DNA of 64,000 nucleotides from Lama glama (Eukaryota), in NCBI GenBank assembly GCA_028534125.1, contig CM052816.1, positions 99,884,001-99,948,000 on the forward strand. Direction: 5' to 3'. Both the position numbers and the translations under genes were made by a program. This document shows positions 39,511 to 52,594 of this stretch, in pieces. Each line of letters starts with the position of its first letter. The stretch's first letter is position 1. The notes under the pieces are model-generated. The model was given only the letters and a program-made list of their open reading frames with translations. It was not told where the DNA came from and made no database searches.

Positions 39511-41574
39511 GTGACGAGAATTGAAGCATCACCATCAGGGTCCACTTCTTATGGGGAGCGGTTGCCCTGCACAGGAGCCCCTCCCTGGAGAAGGTCTCAG
39601 TCCAGAGGGAAAAGGAGGTCCCTGGAGGCTGGTCACAGGCTTCCCTGGAAGGACGAAGCAGTTGGACACACTGAGACATGAAGCCGAGGCTGACCCAGAA
39701 GCAAAGTCCTTGCTACCAGCTGGGTGAATGTCAGCAGGACCTTGTGAAGTCTCACTGAGTAAGAAACTCGTAGAATCTCGCTCTCTGGGGACAGCGGAGC
39801 TGCTCGGATGCAAAGGCCACTTAGACCGTGTTGCCTGGATCCAGGCCCTGGTGACGGCTGTAACAACCACCACTGAGGCTGGACCAGTAGGTGGGATGGG
39901 GAGGCCGGCCAGGCCCAATCCTGACTGCAGTGAGGACCACGACCAGGCCATGCCAGAGTCCTGAGGACAGAGGCTGGCCTAGGAGAGGACAGGGAGGCAG
40001 TCCACCTGGGGCAGAAGTCGCACCTGGGGCAAGCCTGGCAGCCCTGTAGTCAGAAGGCGGCAGCCTGCACCCAGGTCCCCCCCACCCGTCTGCCAGGTCT
40101 CTGCCTCTGTGTCACCACCTTCTTAGACCCATTCTAATATCTTTGGGACATGCCAACACAGGAGCTCACCCTCCTGAGACAGGGCTCACGGCGGGCTCAT
40201 GCTGGCCATCGTGGTCCCCTCTCTGGAACCTCTTTCCTTCCCTCCGTCCACAGGTAGACGTGGGCATCCTGGAAAGTTCACTTGACTTTGTGGGAGCCGT
40301 TCTTCCAACTGCACATGGAGGCTTCCTGTGCCTTTTAGAGTCTGTGGGTCCATGAATATGAGACAAGGAATGTTTGGGATGTGAAGTGCTCTCCAGATAA
40401 CACAGCTCTGCCCCAGGAAATCAGGAAAAGGGAGGGTCTCTCGGCTTAACTGATTGTGTTGGCAGCTACCCTGACCTCATGGGCAAGGCTGGCCCTTCTC
40501 TCCTAGTCGGCACCTTCCCCATGCCACTCGCCACACGTGCAAACACGGATGCACATGCGCATGCACACAACATGCACATTTCATTTACTGACCTGTAAAC
40601 CTCTAAAATCGGGGTACTGTTTAGAAAGGTCTCCAGATCCCTTACATCCAAGACTGGAACCTACGGTCCCAAGACAGGTGGATGACGCGCCGTGTATCAC
40701 CCACCCCGGGAATGGAGGTGCTTGTGCCCCCAGCCCTTCTGCACCCCGCGGGCTCCCACCACACCTTGCAACTAACCAGCCGTACGTTCAGGGATGCCCG
40801 GCCTGGTGTGTAAGGGCCTTGGGAAGTTTGGGGAGACAGGCAAAGAGAGGGTGTGCGGGGAGCACAGAGGAGCCCGGGAGGCAGAGCCGGGGACTGGTGG
40901 AGAGGCTGCAGGCAAGCCTTCAGCACCACAGACCCCAAACGGCTGTGCCCGTGGAAAGCCAGTGTCTTCTTTCCACAGACAGAATGTAGGAAACGACATG
41001 CCAGCTTGTCCCATTTCTGTGTAAAGACATTAAGAAAAAATGCCATTGCCTACTGATGACAGAAAAATAACCACCAGATTTTAAGGCTGGCTTTAGAACA
41101 GACCAGCTTCATCCCCACGGGTGAGGGCAATGTCCGGGGGCAACAGAGGTCCATCAGGGGACCGGGAAGTTCTGTCAGATGGCAGGGCACATCACTCAAT
41201 GATTTCCAAAATAAAGGAGCTCCCACAGCCCGAAAACCTGAGAGAGACAGACACACAGTTGGTCGGTGCAGCGGAGGCGTGATGGAGCCCGGAACCTTCT
41301 CCCATTCCAGTCGGTTCAGCCGGCACAGATTGCTTAGAAACCTTACCCCGTCCCTGGCCCCTAAAATTAAGCAAAGAATAACTCCAACCCCAATGCATTA
41401 CTGGGGATTCAATCTGCTGCCACATGTAAGCTACAAACAGCGCCAGGCACCCAGCAGTCGCTCCTTAGATGCCAAGAATTATGATTATCCTAATTAGACC
41501 CGAGCTAACAATGTCTGTATCTGTGAGTTCTCATTTCACAGTCACCATGTTCCCCTCATTCTGCCTATACGTGC

Positions 41575-41686
41575 GGGCACGGTCCACACGCACGGATGGG
41601 GGGCGTGGTCCACACACACGGATGGGGGGGCGCGGTCCACACGCACCGATGGGGGGGCGCAGTCCACACGCACCGATGAGGGGGCT
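41575..41686. repeat. Minisatellite, 4 copies of a 27-28 bp unit
   Basis: Unit approximately gcgcggtccacacgcac(g/c)gatgggggg. Confidence 0.9.
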
Positions 41687-43417
41687 CTGACTCCTCTCCT
41701 CCCGGCTGGGTGATGGCAGACAGGTTTCACTACCAGGATACGAACTGCTTTGACCACCACACAGGCCGCAGCACTGGGCCGAGGCTCACCGGAACGAAAG
41801 ACACACCTGCAGAATTCCAGCCACTAGAGGGACTTCCGGGCAGTGTGTTCCTGTCTCCGGGCAGCGTGAACCATGGCTGACGGTCACCTCCTACGAGGTC
41901 AGCCGTTACAGCAAGGTGTCCTGGTGGCTTCCCACCTCTCCTTCCAAGGTGAACACGTTCCTGCCACGAGAGGGGCATTTTCACGAGTCTGATGCTCCCT
42001 GAGACTTACGAGTTGAGGACTTGACGCAACAGGCAGTGTGAGGGGTGAGGGCTGTGTAGCTCCCTGCGGACCGACCCTTCTGTTGTCAAGCGGGGAGAGG
42101 CTGCGGGACAGGTTTAAAGCCTCAGAGGGATGCCTGCACATCAGAATCCACTCAAAATGAACAGCCGACTCCGATACCTGCGAATATGTCAGCGACGTAG
42201 GCGTGGAGTCCATCCCCCTAAAATGCTGGCTGTGTGCCCAGCTGCATAGCATTTGAATGTCTCAAACTTTCTAAAGATATTTGGGGTTCAGAGTAAGCCT
42301 TTTAAGGACGACCAAAGCCACCTATTTCTGATTCATGTATGGTTAGCTTACCAAAATGTTTTTTTAACAGATATTTGATGTCTGAGAAGGTTTGGGGTCT
42401 TTCTTCTGATTTAAAACAACAAAAACAAAAACTTTCTTCTTAAAAATGGAAAGAATAAATTCCCAAGAGAAAATGAACTTCAGTCCCTAAAGGCTGGGCT
42501 CAGAAATTCTTTCCTGTCTTTACTTTGAAGTGCGGGTGCAGAGGGCAGGGAAAGGAGGCGGCGGGGGCCGGAGGGGCTTAGGGACCTTTCCCTGGAAGGG
42601 GTCCGGCACCCGGCTCCCCTCGCCCTGAGGGTGGAGGAGGTCGGCTGTGGTTGGCACCCAGCTCTTCTGTTGTACTCAGAGGCCGACGCTGCCCGCGGTG
42701 CTCTCTCTCTGCTGTAACCAGAGGGCCTGGACCGGCAGCTGCCTGTCAGACATCCTCAGCCTGGTTATTCACCGGAGAAGCTCTCACTCTTACATCCATT
42801 CAGGATGGAGCAACCGTCATAGACTTTCTGATTCTCAAGCTAGGAAAAAGAAAAAACGCTGTGCCCACATAAAGGTTAATGACTAGCACAAAGAATCAGC
42901 GACCCGCGAATAGAGGGGAGCCCCTTGGAATGAACCGTCTGGAGCCCCGAGAGCCCAGAAATGCTGCTGCAGCCACTGCGTGATGAACAGGGGACCTGCC
43001 GTGCACTTAAGTTCCCACCATTGAAGGGGGACAGGCAGCACGGTATCATTTCCCTTCTTACTGCTGGGAGTTGATAAACGGTCCTGCGGCCACGGTTGCA
43101 GTTGGATGTCAGGGAAGAGCTGCTGTCCTAGTGCAGCTCTGCACAGCCCCGGGCGAGCGGGCAGTGAGCGCCGTGGTCCCCCAGCGCCTGTGTGCACGAC
43201 GCCCAGGTCCCCACCCTCCGCAGAGCGTGGACCACTCTCACCACCAAAGGTGCATCTGTTTGGTTCTGCAATGCTTAGAACCTTCCAGTTCCACACCCGG
43301 CTCAAGGGCTCAGGAACCAGGAAGGGTGACACTCACTCCAGCCCTTTGTCAGCTGATCCTTTAACAGGAAGTACTCGAGGCGAGGCAGTCCAGGATCCAG
43401 GTGGTGGCCCTCCGGGT

Positions 43418-43670
43418 GTCGGTTCCCCAATGGCTTCAGAATGACCTGATTTAAAATGCAGATGACTGGGCCCTTCCCCACCCCTGCTGAAACAGGAATC
43501 ACGGAGGGGACTGCTGGGGTACATGCCTTTTAATCTCTTAATCGAAGTAATGAGGATTGAACCCAGGACCTCATGCATGCTAAGCAGGTGCCCTACCACT
43601 GAGCTACACCCTCCCCCAACCCCAGAACGTGCATTTTTAACAGGCTCCCCTAAGGGTCCTGCTGTGTGTC
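43418..43670. mobile_element. MER5A-like hAT DNA transposon relic interrupted by a SINE
   Basis: tcagaatgacctg...ttaaaatgcagatgactgggccc...[SINE]...tgcatttttaacaggctccc. Confidence 0.65.
43534..43617 (-). mobile_element. Vic-1-like SINE nested in MER5A
   Basis: ggattgaacccaggacctcatgcatgctaagc...ctaccactgagctacaccctcccc; TSD-like acatgccttttaa / acgtgcatttttaa. Confidence 0.88.
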
Positions 43671-43752
43671 CTCTCTCAGTAAGGGCTGAGGGTTTCAGGG
43701 AAAGAGGGTGGAGGAGGGTAGGTTACCCAGCGGGAGACACACAGTTCTAGGC

Positions 43753-43815
43753 CTCTTTCTCTCTCTTTCTCTCTCTCTCTCTGGCTCTGCCTGTCTGTCT
43801 GTCTGTCTGTCTCTC
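43753..43815. repeat. (CT)n/(CTGT)n microsatellite
   Basis: Read directly. Confidence 0.8.
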
Positions 43816-46589
43816 ACATGCACCCCACCCTGGGCAGCCTGCCTCTGCTCCGTGAGCTCACCCATCAGAACATCGCACAGCCTCGTGGCTTCATCTGGAT
43901 GCCAAGAGGTGGTGCTCCCTCCCCAGCCTCACCCCCATGTTCTCAAGAAGAACAAGCAAGGAGTCCACGTGCCTCTCCTTCGGGAGCCCACACCCACCCT
44001 GAACTGGCCACGAGACCACTGTCGTCTCACGCTGTGGAATTCCGGGGGGGGGTCACTAGAATTACCCCTCGACGGGACTCGGCAAAGCCAACTTGCCAAG
44101 TTCTAGTGGCTGATTATTCTCGCTGCCTCAGCATGAACACGTGCTGCTTCTGGGCGGGGCAATGCATTCCTTCTTTCTTTTCCTGCCCAGTTTTAAGTGT
44201 CCCCCATCTTTACCATGACATTCAGCATTAGTTTCTGGGTTTGTTTTCCCATAAGTGAGCTGTAGTCTGCTGAGTTATCTGAGGTCAAGTTGACCAACCC
44301 CATCCTGACACAGCACCGAGCAAGAACCCCGACGGCTGACCTCAGGCAGCCTCAACAAGGAGGAAGAGGAGAACGAAGCTCGTGAGACTCCTCGTGGGAA
44401 GACGAAGGGGCACGGAGCAGCCCCGCACCCTAGTGCTGGGGACCCACCAGCGAGGGACTGTCCAGCGCCGAGAACAGAACATACAGGTGACAGGTGCTAA
44501 TTCTGAGACTAAGTAGCTTAAAAACATCCGTAAGCTATCCCAGGTGGGAGGAGCAACGTGCAGCCTCATCAGAACTTAGGGGTCAAGTGGTCTGATGAAA
44601 GAGCACTTATTTATATCTGAGCCCAGGGAGCAGGGGAGAAAGATCTGTCCACTCAACTCAGCCACGTGTGAACACGCAGGCAATCCAGGAGCACCTGCAA
44701 GGGCCCCCGGGGGCCTCTGGCTGGAGCCTTGATGAACAGGCACTGCTGTGGGAGCACGAACCGCAGGCCTCAGCCAGGCCCGTGTCAGGCTTGGGCGGGG
44801 GAGCAGCTTCTCCCCGCCAGAAGCCAGCTGAAACCCCAGCCACGTGTCTGCCCAGAGGTGGTTCCACTTAGAAGCAATACATACACACATACATATATAA
44901 ACAAATAAATAAAAACCTGCGGAAGAGGGCCGGAAGGAAAAAAATCTTTCGAGAAACTTGAACTTTCGCTGCACATTGTCCTCCGAAAGCCCATGTTTTC
45001 AATTACGCCATCCTGAATCTATATTGATGCTAATATGTTTGCATTGCTGGCTTTCATTTTATTTTTTTTATAACTCACTGCAGGATAGCAAAGTCGAAAA
45101 TATACCATTCTCATCAACAGGACCCATCTGTGGCGAATCCACACAGAAGCAATTAATTTCCTGGTGGTGTTTTTACACTAGGGGCCTGATGCAGTCCCCA
45201 TTAGACAAACAAAAACTCCAGACAGCTCCTGCTGCCTGATAAAAAAATAAATCAGATCGCAGAGGACTGCATGGCAGAGGGCTGCTATAGGCTGTGACGT
45301 GCAGTGAGGCACCCCGACACTGATGATGAAGCTCATTAAACACAACCGTCCGACTTGTAGTAAGTGTTCCCTGTAATCACGTTAAAGGCAGCAGGCCCCT
45401 TGCCCAGCAAAGTGGGCCACTGGGCAGAGCCCGTACGCGGGTGGAATCACAGAAACAGGAGGATGGTGTCGGGGAAACCGGCCAGGATTTACGATGGAGG
45501 GGCCGGTGAAGGTCACAGCCGCTTGGTGACAGTCCGCCCAGCCGGGCCTCCCTTCCCGCGGACACCCACCAGGGAAGGGTCCCGGGATCCTCCGAAGCGA
45601 ACATCCAAACATCGCCAGAGGAGTCTTTTATGATTACTTATTCGGAATCTTCTCTAAAGTGGCAATAGCAATCTTTCAAAGTACTCTTTCAGGAGAGTAA
45701 GGGAGGAAAAAAAAGATTAATAAAGATGTTAGGAGGATGAACTGCTGTGAGATTTGTTTAATTATCCCCCACAGGTCTGCCCCAGCAATCTGCTGACATT
45801 TAGCCCCGACCTTGCAAATCCTCAGCAAATATTAATATATCAACTCAAACAGGGGCCACGGTTTTATTGGTTCACGGAGCTCAGAGAGATTCGCCACCGC
45901 GGTGGAAAATAATGTGCAGGACCGAGGGAGACGGGCGGCTTTGATTTCGCCTTCTGCTGCGCACATGGGCTGGGAGCACCGGCAAAGTGGCAACGCAGCC
46001 CCTCTGCCACAGCTGCAGAGTGACACTTCAGATGCCTTCGCGTCCCTTTGTACAGCCTGCTGGAATAATCCCAAGACCGCGGTGGCAAGGGATTAGAAAG
46101 GAGGGAGGGAGGCCAGGAGGGGAGGATCACACTTGATTATCTGGGATACTGGAGATTTAATAATACCAGGGTCCGCCCTCCGATCCAGTCCACTTCACCG
46201 GAACCGCAGGCCCAGGACAGGGCTGGGAAGCAGAGAGCATCACTCCCAGGGCCCTGGGATGCAGCCTCCGCCTCCCGGATCACGCCCTGCTGCCCTGCTG
46301 GGCCCAGGCCCACACAGTCCCATGAGCATATCCTAGCACGGGAACGGCCGGGTTCAACTGGGAGTTTGCTAAAGGAAAAATCAAAATACCGGTTGCTTTT
46401 AATTCTGCTGGACGTTTGCTGATGGTGGTGGTACGTTTGGAGGCTTTAGCTTCCTCACCTCAAACTCAGCTGTTATTGGCACATCGTCTTATAAATATTC
46501 TGAAATTCGTAACGGCTAGATGTTTGCTGTGGGCCGCGGAGGCCTCCGAAGTTCTTGGGTGTGAGTGAGGGGCGGCCTGGGCTGCAACT

Positions 46590-46850
46590 GGCTTTCAGAT
46601 GCACTGTGCTGCAGAGTTAATGCGTGATTAATTTTATTCATAAAAATGTTAATCACTCATTGTGAGACCCTTTTAACATTCTGTGCAGCCAGCACCTTTC
46701 TGATTTCCCTCGCCCACTGTCTCACAGATGTATTTAATATTTTCAGACGTGGCTGCAGCTATCCGAGGGCCTGGCAATTAAGCACACGTTTGAAATTCAA
46801 TAACAAGCCAAGCGACAGCAGCGACAAACAAGCAAACAGGGAAAGACACG
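46590..46850. promoter_or_regulatory. Candidate conserved enhancer about 5.5 kb downstream of IRX1
   Basis: AT-rich island in GC-rich context; TAAT cores; tandem forkhead sites at 46824-46838. Confidence 0.5.
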
Positions 46851-49800
46851 GAGGAGAGGCTGCAAGTGGCCAGTTCGCTTCGCTCCGGTGTTGCTGCTGC
46901 CCCCGCGACCTGCTCCGCCCGGCCCGCCGGAGCCCCCTCTCCTGCTCCCCGAGCGCCTGCGCTCAGGCAGGGACGTGCCCAAGGAAACCGGCAGCATCGT
47001 CTCCACTCCGAAGGGCAGCTTCAAGTAGAAGGAATTAAGAGGAAAAGCCCTGTGGTTTAGAAGATTTAAACTGTCTCAGCATTATTCCCACCACTGCGCT
47101 CGGCCACCGAGCTTGGGTCCCCCGGAGGTGGGGACGATTGGGGCGCACTGGGGCGGGGGGGGCTTAGCTGGGTGCGCCGCCCCCCAACCCGGCCCCCTGG
47201 TGCAGCCCTCCATTGTGTCCCCACGTTCAGCCAGTGCTCAGGACGCTGGATAAATGGATTAGGGGATCAGAGACACCCGCGGCGTCTTCAGAAACCAAAC
47301 AGCAGCCCACAGAAAGGGCTCCACTTGTGTCTCACCCGAAGGGGGGTAGGGGCTGCTGGCAGGGGCAGGGGTGGGAGTATCCACAAGGCCTGAGTGCCCC
47401 AGGGAACTCCCTGAGTCCCCACTGCAGGAGAGGTCACCCTGGGGCACTGCTCTGCCCGCTCCTCCCCTGGGTTCTGGACCACATTCCTCCGACCTCCCAC
47501 GGAAGGCCATTCCAGAATTTCAGGCCACTCAAGGGGCCCCTCCATCTGGGATGCCTGGTGACTTTCACAGGTTCCTGGGCCTCCTCCTCCAATGAAAGCA
47601 AATGTTAAAAAAAAATGTTAAGGCTGCTTGGTATAAAGATGGATAGATATAAACATATAGACAGAAGGATAGATCGTATAAAGACACTGATAATATCTAT
47701 TAACACATTTTCTTCACCTAAAAGTAACTTTTTCCATTTGAAAAGAAATTAAAACATTTGTGTGGGTCTCTAAGAGCACTGTAGACCCAGGTCTTTGCCA
47801 CCAGGTCAGGTGGCCCCTCTGTCCCCCTGTGTGTTGACCTAAGAGGGCCCGTTTTCAGATATCTGTCCTGAGGGCACAGGGGTATGTGTCCAGCTTCAGT
47901 AGCTGGGGCACAGAGGTAGTCCGCAGTCCCCAGGGAGTGAACTTCTGAGGCCTTTCAGCTCCAGAGCTGTAATTAGGGCCGCTGGCTCGGTGGGAGCCGG
48001 AGCAGACCTGGAAGCTCTGTCCCCAGCAGAGCAGAGCGGGGACAGGCGGTGGCTGCAGGCCTTTTTACTTGGAGGGACCAATCATCTTCTGCCTCTGGGT
48101 GGGCATCCCTGGGGCCCTGCTCTTTCCACGTGGCTCAGGGCACCCTGGAGGTGGCCAGGCCCTGCCGTCATCCCCAGAGTGCACCCTCTCCACCTGCTAG
48201 CCCTGTCTCCTGGCCACCCAACCCTGGATCCCCCTCCCCCTCCCAGGACCAACCCTCCCCTGTTCACTCTCCCCACCTGGAGCCTTTGGGGCCACAAGTG
48301 TGGCAGGAAGCTCCCCTGAGCTTGGCACGCTGCAGGGGCACAAAGCACATGCTGGCTCAGGCTCAGGTACTCAGAGTTCCCCTCCCTGGTCCTTGGGAGG
48401 CCTGAGGACCCGGCTGACTCCGTCTCAGCGCTGGGACCTGCAATGTGACCCACAGTACAGGAGATGGGCAGAGACCACTGCAGGCTGGTCAGCTTTCCAA
48501 GCCCCTACCCACTGTGGACCCCTAACCTACACCAAGCCACCCCAACCCAGCAACCCTCCCTGGGCGTGACATCCTTCCTGTCCTTCTGCCCCCCAGTTTG
48601 GGTGCCCCAGGGGCAAAACCCTACTCCCACCAGCACACTGGGCCCCGCCACTTTAGGGAGAACATTCTGGGCTCCAGTCTCCCCAGACCCCAATCTGTAT
48701 CCCTAACCCTGAGACGTCAGCCGGCAGCCCAGCCCCAGCCCGACCCTGTCTCGGCCACCCAGCAGCCTAGGGCCTGCTGGCACCCCCCACGGAAGGGAAG
48801 GAAACACCAGGGTGGGAGGACCAGAAAGAGGCCTCATCTCGGGACAGCACTGCAGGCAGAGGGCCAGAGCTGCTAGGCCCCTGAGTCGGGGGGCAGTGCC
48901 CGCGCTAGGGCAGCAGGGCGCCTTGGCCCACCCTGACCTCTCTTTCTCCTTTCCCCTCGTCCCTCCCTCTCTCCAGCTTTGAGCTCTCTGGCAGAGTCCC
49001 ATCTACAAGGACGACTGAAACTTTATAGGGCATGATTCATCGCGTGGCGGCCCCTCGGAGTCACGGCGCGTATTACATTAATCAGTGTCAGACCACTAAA
49101 ACCGGGAGATGAATATGAATTCTCCATATTGCAGGCGAGATAAATGTGCTGGGGAATATAACTGATTGGAGGCGGTTGGGAAGGGAGGTGGGAGCAGTGA
49201 GATTTCCAAGACTCCAGCAGGTCAGGGATAGGGATGGGGTCTGGACCCACTCCCCAAGTCCTCCGACCAGGAATGTGGGGATACTCATCGAGAAAGTCTG
49301 CACGCCAGACCCTCTCCCCGTCACCTCTGCAAGCTGGAGAGGACGGTCTCCGGGTCAGATTTGTTCCTTAGCCTTTTCCCCAAAATGAGATCCCATAAAG
49401 ACACATCCTCTGTCCTGAATAGAGTGTCCTTGCTGTGAGGAACCTGTCCCCTGTGGAGAACAGAGGCCAAGATGCCAACATAAATCAGGGGATGCCCCTC
49501 ATCCTTAGGAATTTTCAGAGTTTGTCTCCTTACAGAATCACCGCCACCCTCTGAAACCGCTGGGCAGGGGTGAGGCAGGAGTGCACCTCGGCACACACAG
49601 AAAGTTCCAGAGGAGCTTCCACCTTGCCTTTAAAGGAAACGGGGTTCCTATGTCTCCTGCCAGGTATTTCAGTTGCAGAAGCACTGCTCTCATCAGAACC
49701 TCCCGGGGGCACCGCGCGCCCCTCAGCGTGCACACACTTAGGTGGCTGCAGTGGTGGGGGCAGATGTAAACTAATAGCACACAAAGGACAAAATGCTTTT

Positions 49801-50549
49801 CAATGCTTGATTAAAAATTCATGTCCAGCTCTTCACTGGAGGAGAATCATCCTGAGGCTGGCGATCTGATTTCTTTGTAGGGAGGCTTCGGGCCCGGGAA
49901 GGGGCACGGACCCTCAACAACTTCTAGGCCACAGGGTTCTGAGGGCTCAGACCCCCCCCCCCCCGGTGAGCACTGGGTGGTCCAGCCACCTGGGCAGCAG
50001 CAGTCAGGGTTCCAAATGCATCAGACAGAAGAGGAGACTGGAAACACGGGTGAGAGGGGTGGCCTGCACAGGCCATCCTCTTTACTTTTGGGGGTGAGGG
50101 ACACAGGGGTGGAGCTGGGCAGGGCAGGGGACTCCACACAGCCCACCTGAGTCCCACCTGCTGCCACCAGTAGGAGCTCAGAGGGGGCTTCTCAGCACGT
50201 TTTCCATGCCAGAGCAGGGTGTCTGTGAGCCAAGAACACCATTCCTCACGAGGGGAGGAGGACTCTGCCCGTCCAAGATCTGTAAGAGCCCAGTCTTGCC
50301 TAGGACACAGGTCCATCTGGCCCCAGAGGTCAGGGTGGGGTCCAAGGCTCGGTTCCAGAACTCTGGAATGGGGGGGGGAGCCAAGGCCCGTGGTGATCCT
50401 GAAGTCGTAGTGACCCTGAAGTTGTAGTGTCGATGGCAGGTTAAGGAGCTCCTCCTTGAATTCGCAAGCCCCACAGGGGACTATGAAAACATGAAAGCAG
50501 CCCAGTGGAGCCCAGTCCCTTCTCCCTGCCCCTCCACCCCACGCAGCAG

Positions 50550-51250
50550 CCTACCCCGCAGGCCCAGCACAGCGCCGCCCAACTGCAAACAGGTGCGGGG
50601 CACTCTAGAGCACAGAGGAAGGCCCACCGCCGTAATTCGGGGCTCGCGCCCACAGCACCCCCAAAGCCAAGGACCCCCAGATTTTGCACCACGCCCCGAG
50701 AACCAGATCGGCGCCTCGGTCAGGGCCCCGTTCAGCTTTCGGCCCATAGAGGGCGCCTCGAACACATCGGTTCGTACGGGAAGCCGCTCCACCGCGGCCG
50801 CCGCCGCCCGCCCGCCCTCCGCTCGGCTCCGCAGCGCGGGCCCTCCCGCGGCTCCCACTCCGCACTCGAGCATCCCCGCGTGCCCTCGGCCCGCGCTCCC
50901 CGGCGGCCGCCCCTTCGCGCTTCCTCCCCGCCTCTTTGCGGCAACCTTTTTCCCTAGGCCGATGGGGGATGGGGGCCACTGGAGAAGGACGCGGGCTCCG
51001 GGGACCGGGAGTTCCCCGCCTCCGGTGGCGCCCGCTGGTCCCGGCTGCAGAGGGGCCGGGCAGGCAGCGCCCCCGGCTTTCCCCTTCCGCAGCCACGTCC
51101 CTCGCCGCCACCAGCAGCCCCGGGACAGCGGGTCCCGAAGGTTTCGAAAGCGAATATATGCACCTCGGGCTGGGGTGGGGGAGGTCCTGTCCGACACCGG
51201 GAACTCGGCCGCCACTCCCGCAGCCCCCATCCTCACTGGCAGTTTTGTAA
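50550..51250. promoter_or_regulatory. CpG island downstream of the IRX1 polyA site
   Basis: Dense CGCG/GCGGCCGC sequence without coding signature. Confidence 0.7.
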
Positions 51251-52159
51251 ACGTTTGCTTTCTCTTCTTTCACGAGCCAAGTGTCCTACACCCTCTGAAG
51301 TGCGGGCTGCTTCAGCGTGTCCTGCCCACAGCCTGCCCTCTTCGGTTCCCAGGGCTCGTGGACCATCTCCCACCCGTGCACGTCCGAGGCCGGCTCAGTC
51401 CGCATTGCTTCCTACCATCACTCCCCTGGCTCCCAGGCTCCGGACCATATGGGCGTTGCTGGCTCCTCGGCTCGCTGGGTGCCCCCAGTGCAGGGCGCAT
51501 GAGTTTAAAGGGGCCTCTTTGGGAGACCAAGGCCTGCTCCCCTCTTTTGTCACTCCCCTCCAACGCAGCCCTGTGGCTCACACACCGGGAGAAGCCCGCG
51601 CTGCACCCCGGCCGCCTGAGGGAGGGTTGAAATGAACCTTCCAATTTCTCCACGATTGATTTAGCCAAACAACTAAAAAATACACTGAAAGCAAAATTTC
51701 ATACTCCATTATGTCCTCATTCTACCCACAAAACGCCCAGATGCCGCAATGCACCGCTGAGACAAGTGGTTATAAATTGATTTCAAATACCAAGTTCTCC
51801 TTTGGGGACACGATTGGAAATTCTTTTCATTTTTCCCATTGTTATCCACTTCTAAAAAATCGTTTTATAAACTGCCTAAAATCGAACTCATTTATGTCCC
51901 AAGAAAGGCACGCCTAAATAAATGTGTAAGAGTTGGAAATAACTGAACCGCAAACCAGAAACTGCCCTGGTGACAACAGTAACAAATTCAACCACCACCA
52001 AAAGACTGAGAAGCACCGGCCTCCCTGGTAGAAGCCACCCCGGAGCCTCTCTCCCCAGCCACTGCACTTGAGCCCTGCCAGGATCCCAAGATTGCAGGAC
52101 GCAGGATTCCAGGATTGAGGATGCCCCCAGCGCCGCCCAGCCACACAGCAGCAGGAGCA

Positions 52160-52536
52160 GTGGCCATCATTTCATTTAGTTTATTAGACAAAAATATATG
52201 ATTTAGACAAGTTTGCTGACGCGCTATTTACAATCTGAAATCACTCTATATACAGAAAAAAAGACACAAGCACATGGGGGCATTTTGGAACCGATAATCA
52301 CCCAGAGCACGGTGACAGCCACCTGAGCCGTGCGCGGGCAGAGGCCAGACTGCCTGGACGCGGGCTCGGGGCCGGAGGAGCCCCTTTCTGCAGAAAGCGA
52401 TGGATGGGAGTCCTTGACTTCGTCGCCAGAATTGCCCTTTACACCAGTCTGAAATATTTGTCTTAATTCCTCCCTCACCCCCTCCCTCCTGAACTTCTCC
52501 CCCCTCCCCCCCGCGAAAGTAAAAGAAGATCCTGAA
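52160..52536 (-). other. IRX1: IRX1 3' UTR (3' end approximate)
   Basis: Lies between the stop codon and the AATAAA signal; U-rich on the minus strand. Confidence 0.75.
52180..52185 (-). terminator. IRX1 polyadenylation signal AATAAA
   Basis: tttatt on the + strand, about 350 nt past the stop codon. Confidence 0.8.
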
Positions 52537-52594
52537 TCAGGCTGACGGGAGGCCTGCTAGGATCCTCGGCGTTCCCTCCTGCGGGGCCAGCGAG
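52537..52594 (-). CDS. IRX1: IRX1 coding exon 4 (NSLAPQEGTPRILAGLPSA-stop)
   Basis: CTGCAG| acceptor; TGA at 52539-52537; total CDS 273+1024+73+58=1428 nt. Confidence 0.96.

Noticed and set aside
40919..40939. REST/RE1-like TTCAGCACCACAGACCCC
   Set aside because: Right half lacks the GGACAG core
41575..41686. CRISPR-like array
   Set aside because: Contiguous tandem units without spacers, in mammalian DNA
50491..51630. 379-aa ORF with several overlapping long ORFs
   Set aside because: Pro/Arg/Ala/Gly low-complexity translation of a CpG island, open in several frames on both strands
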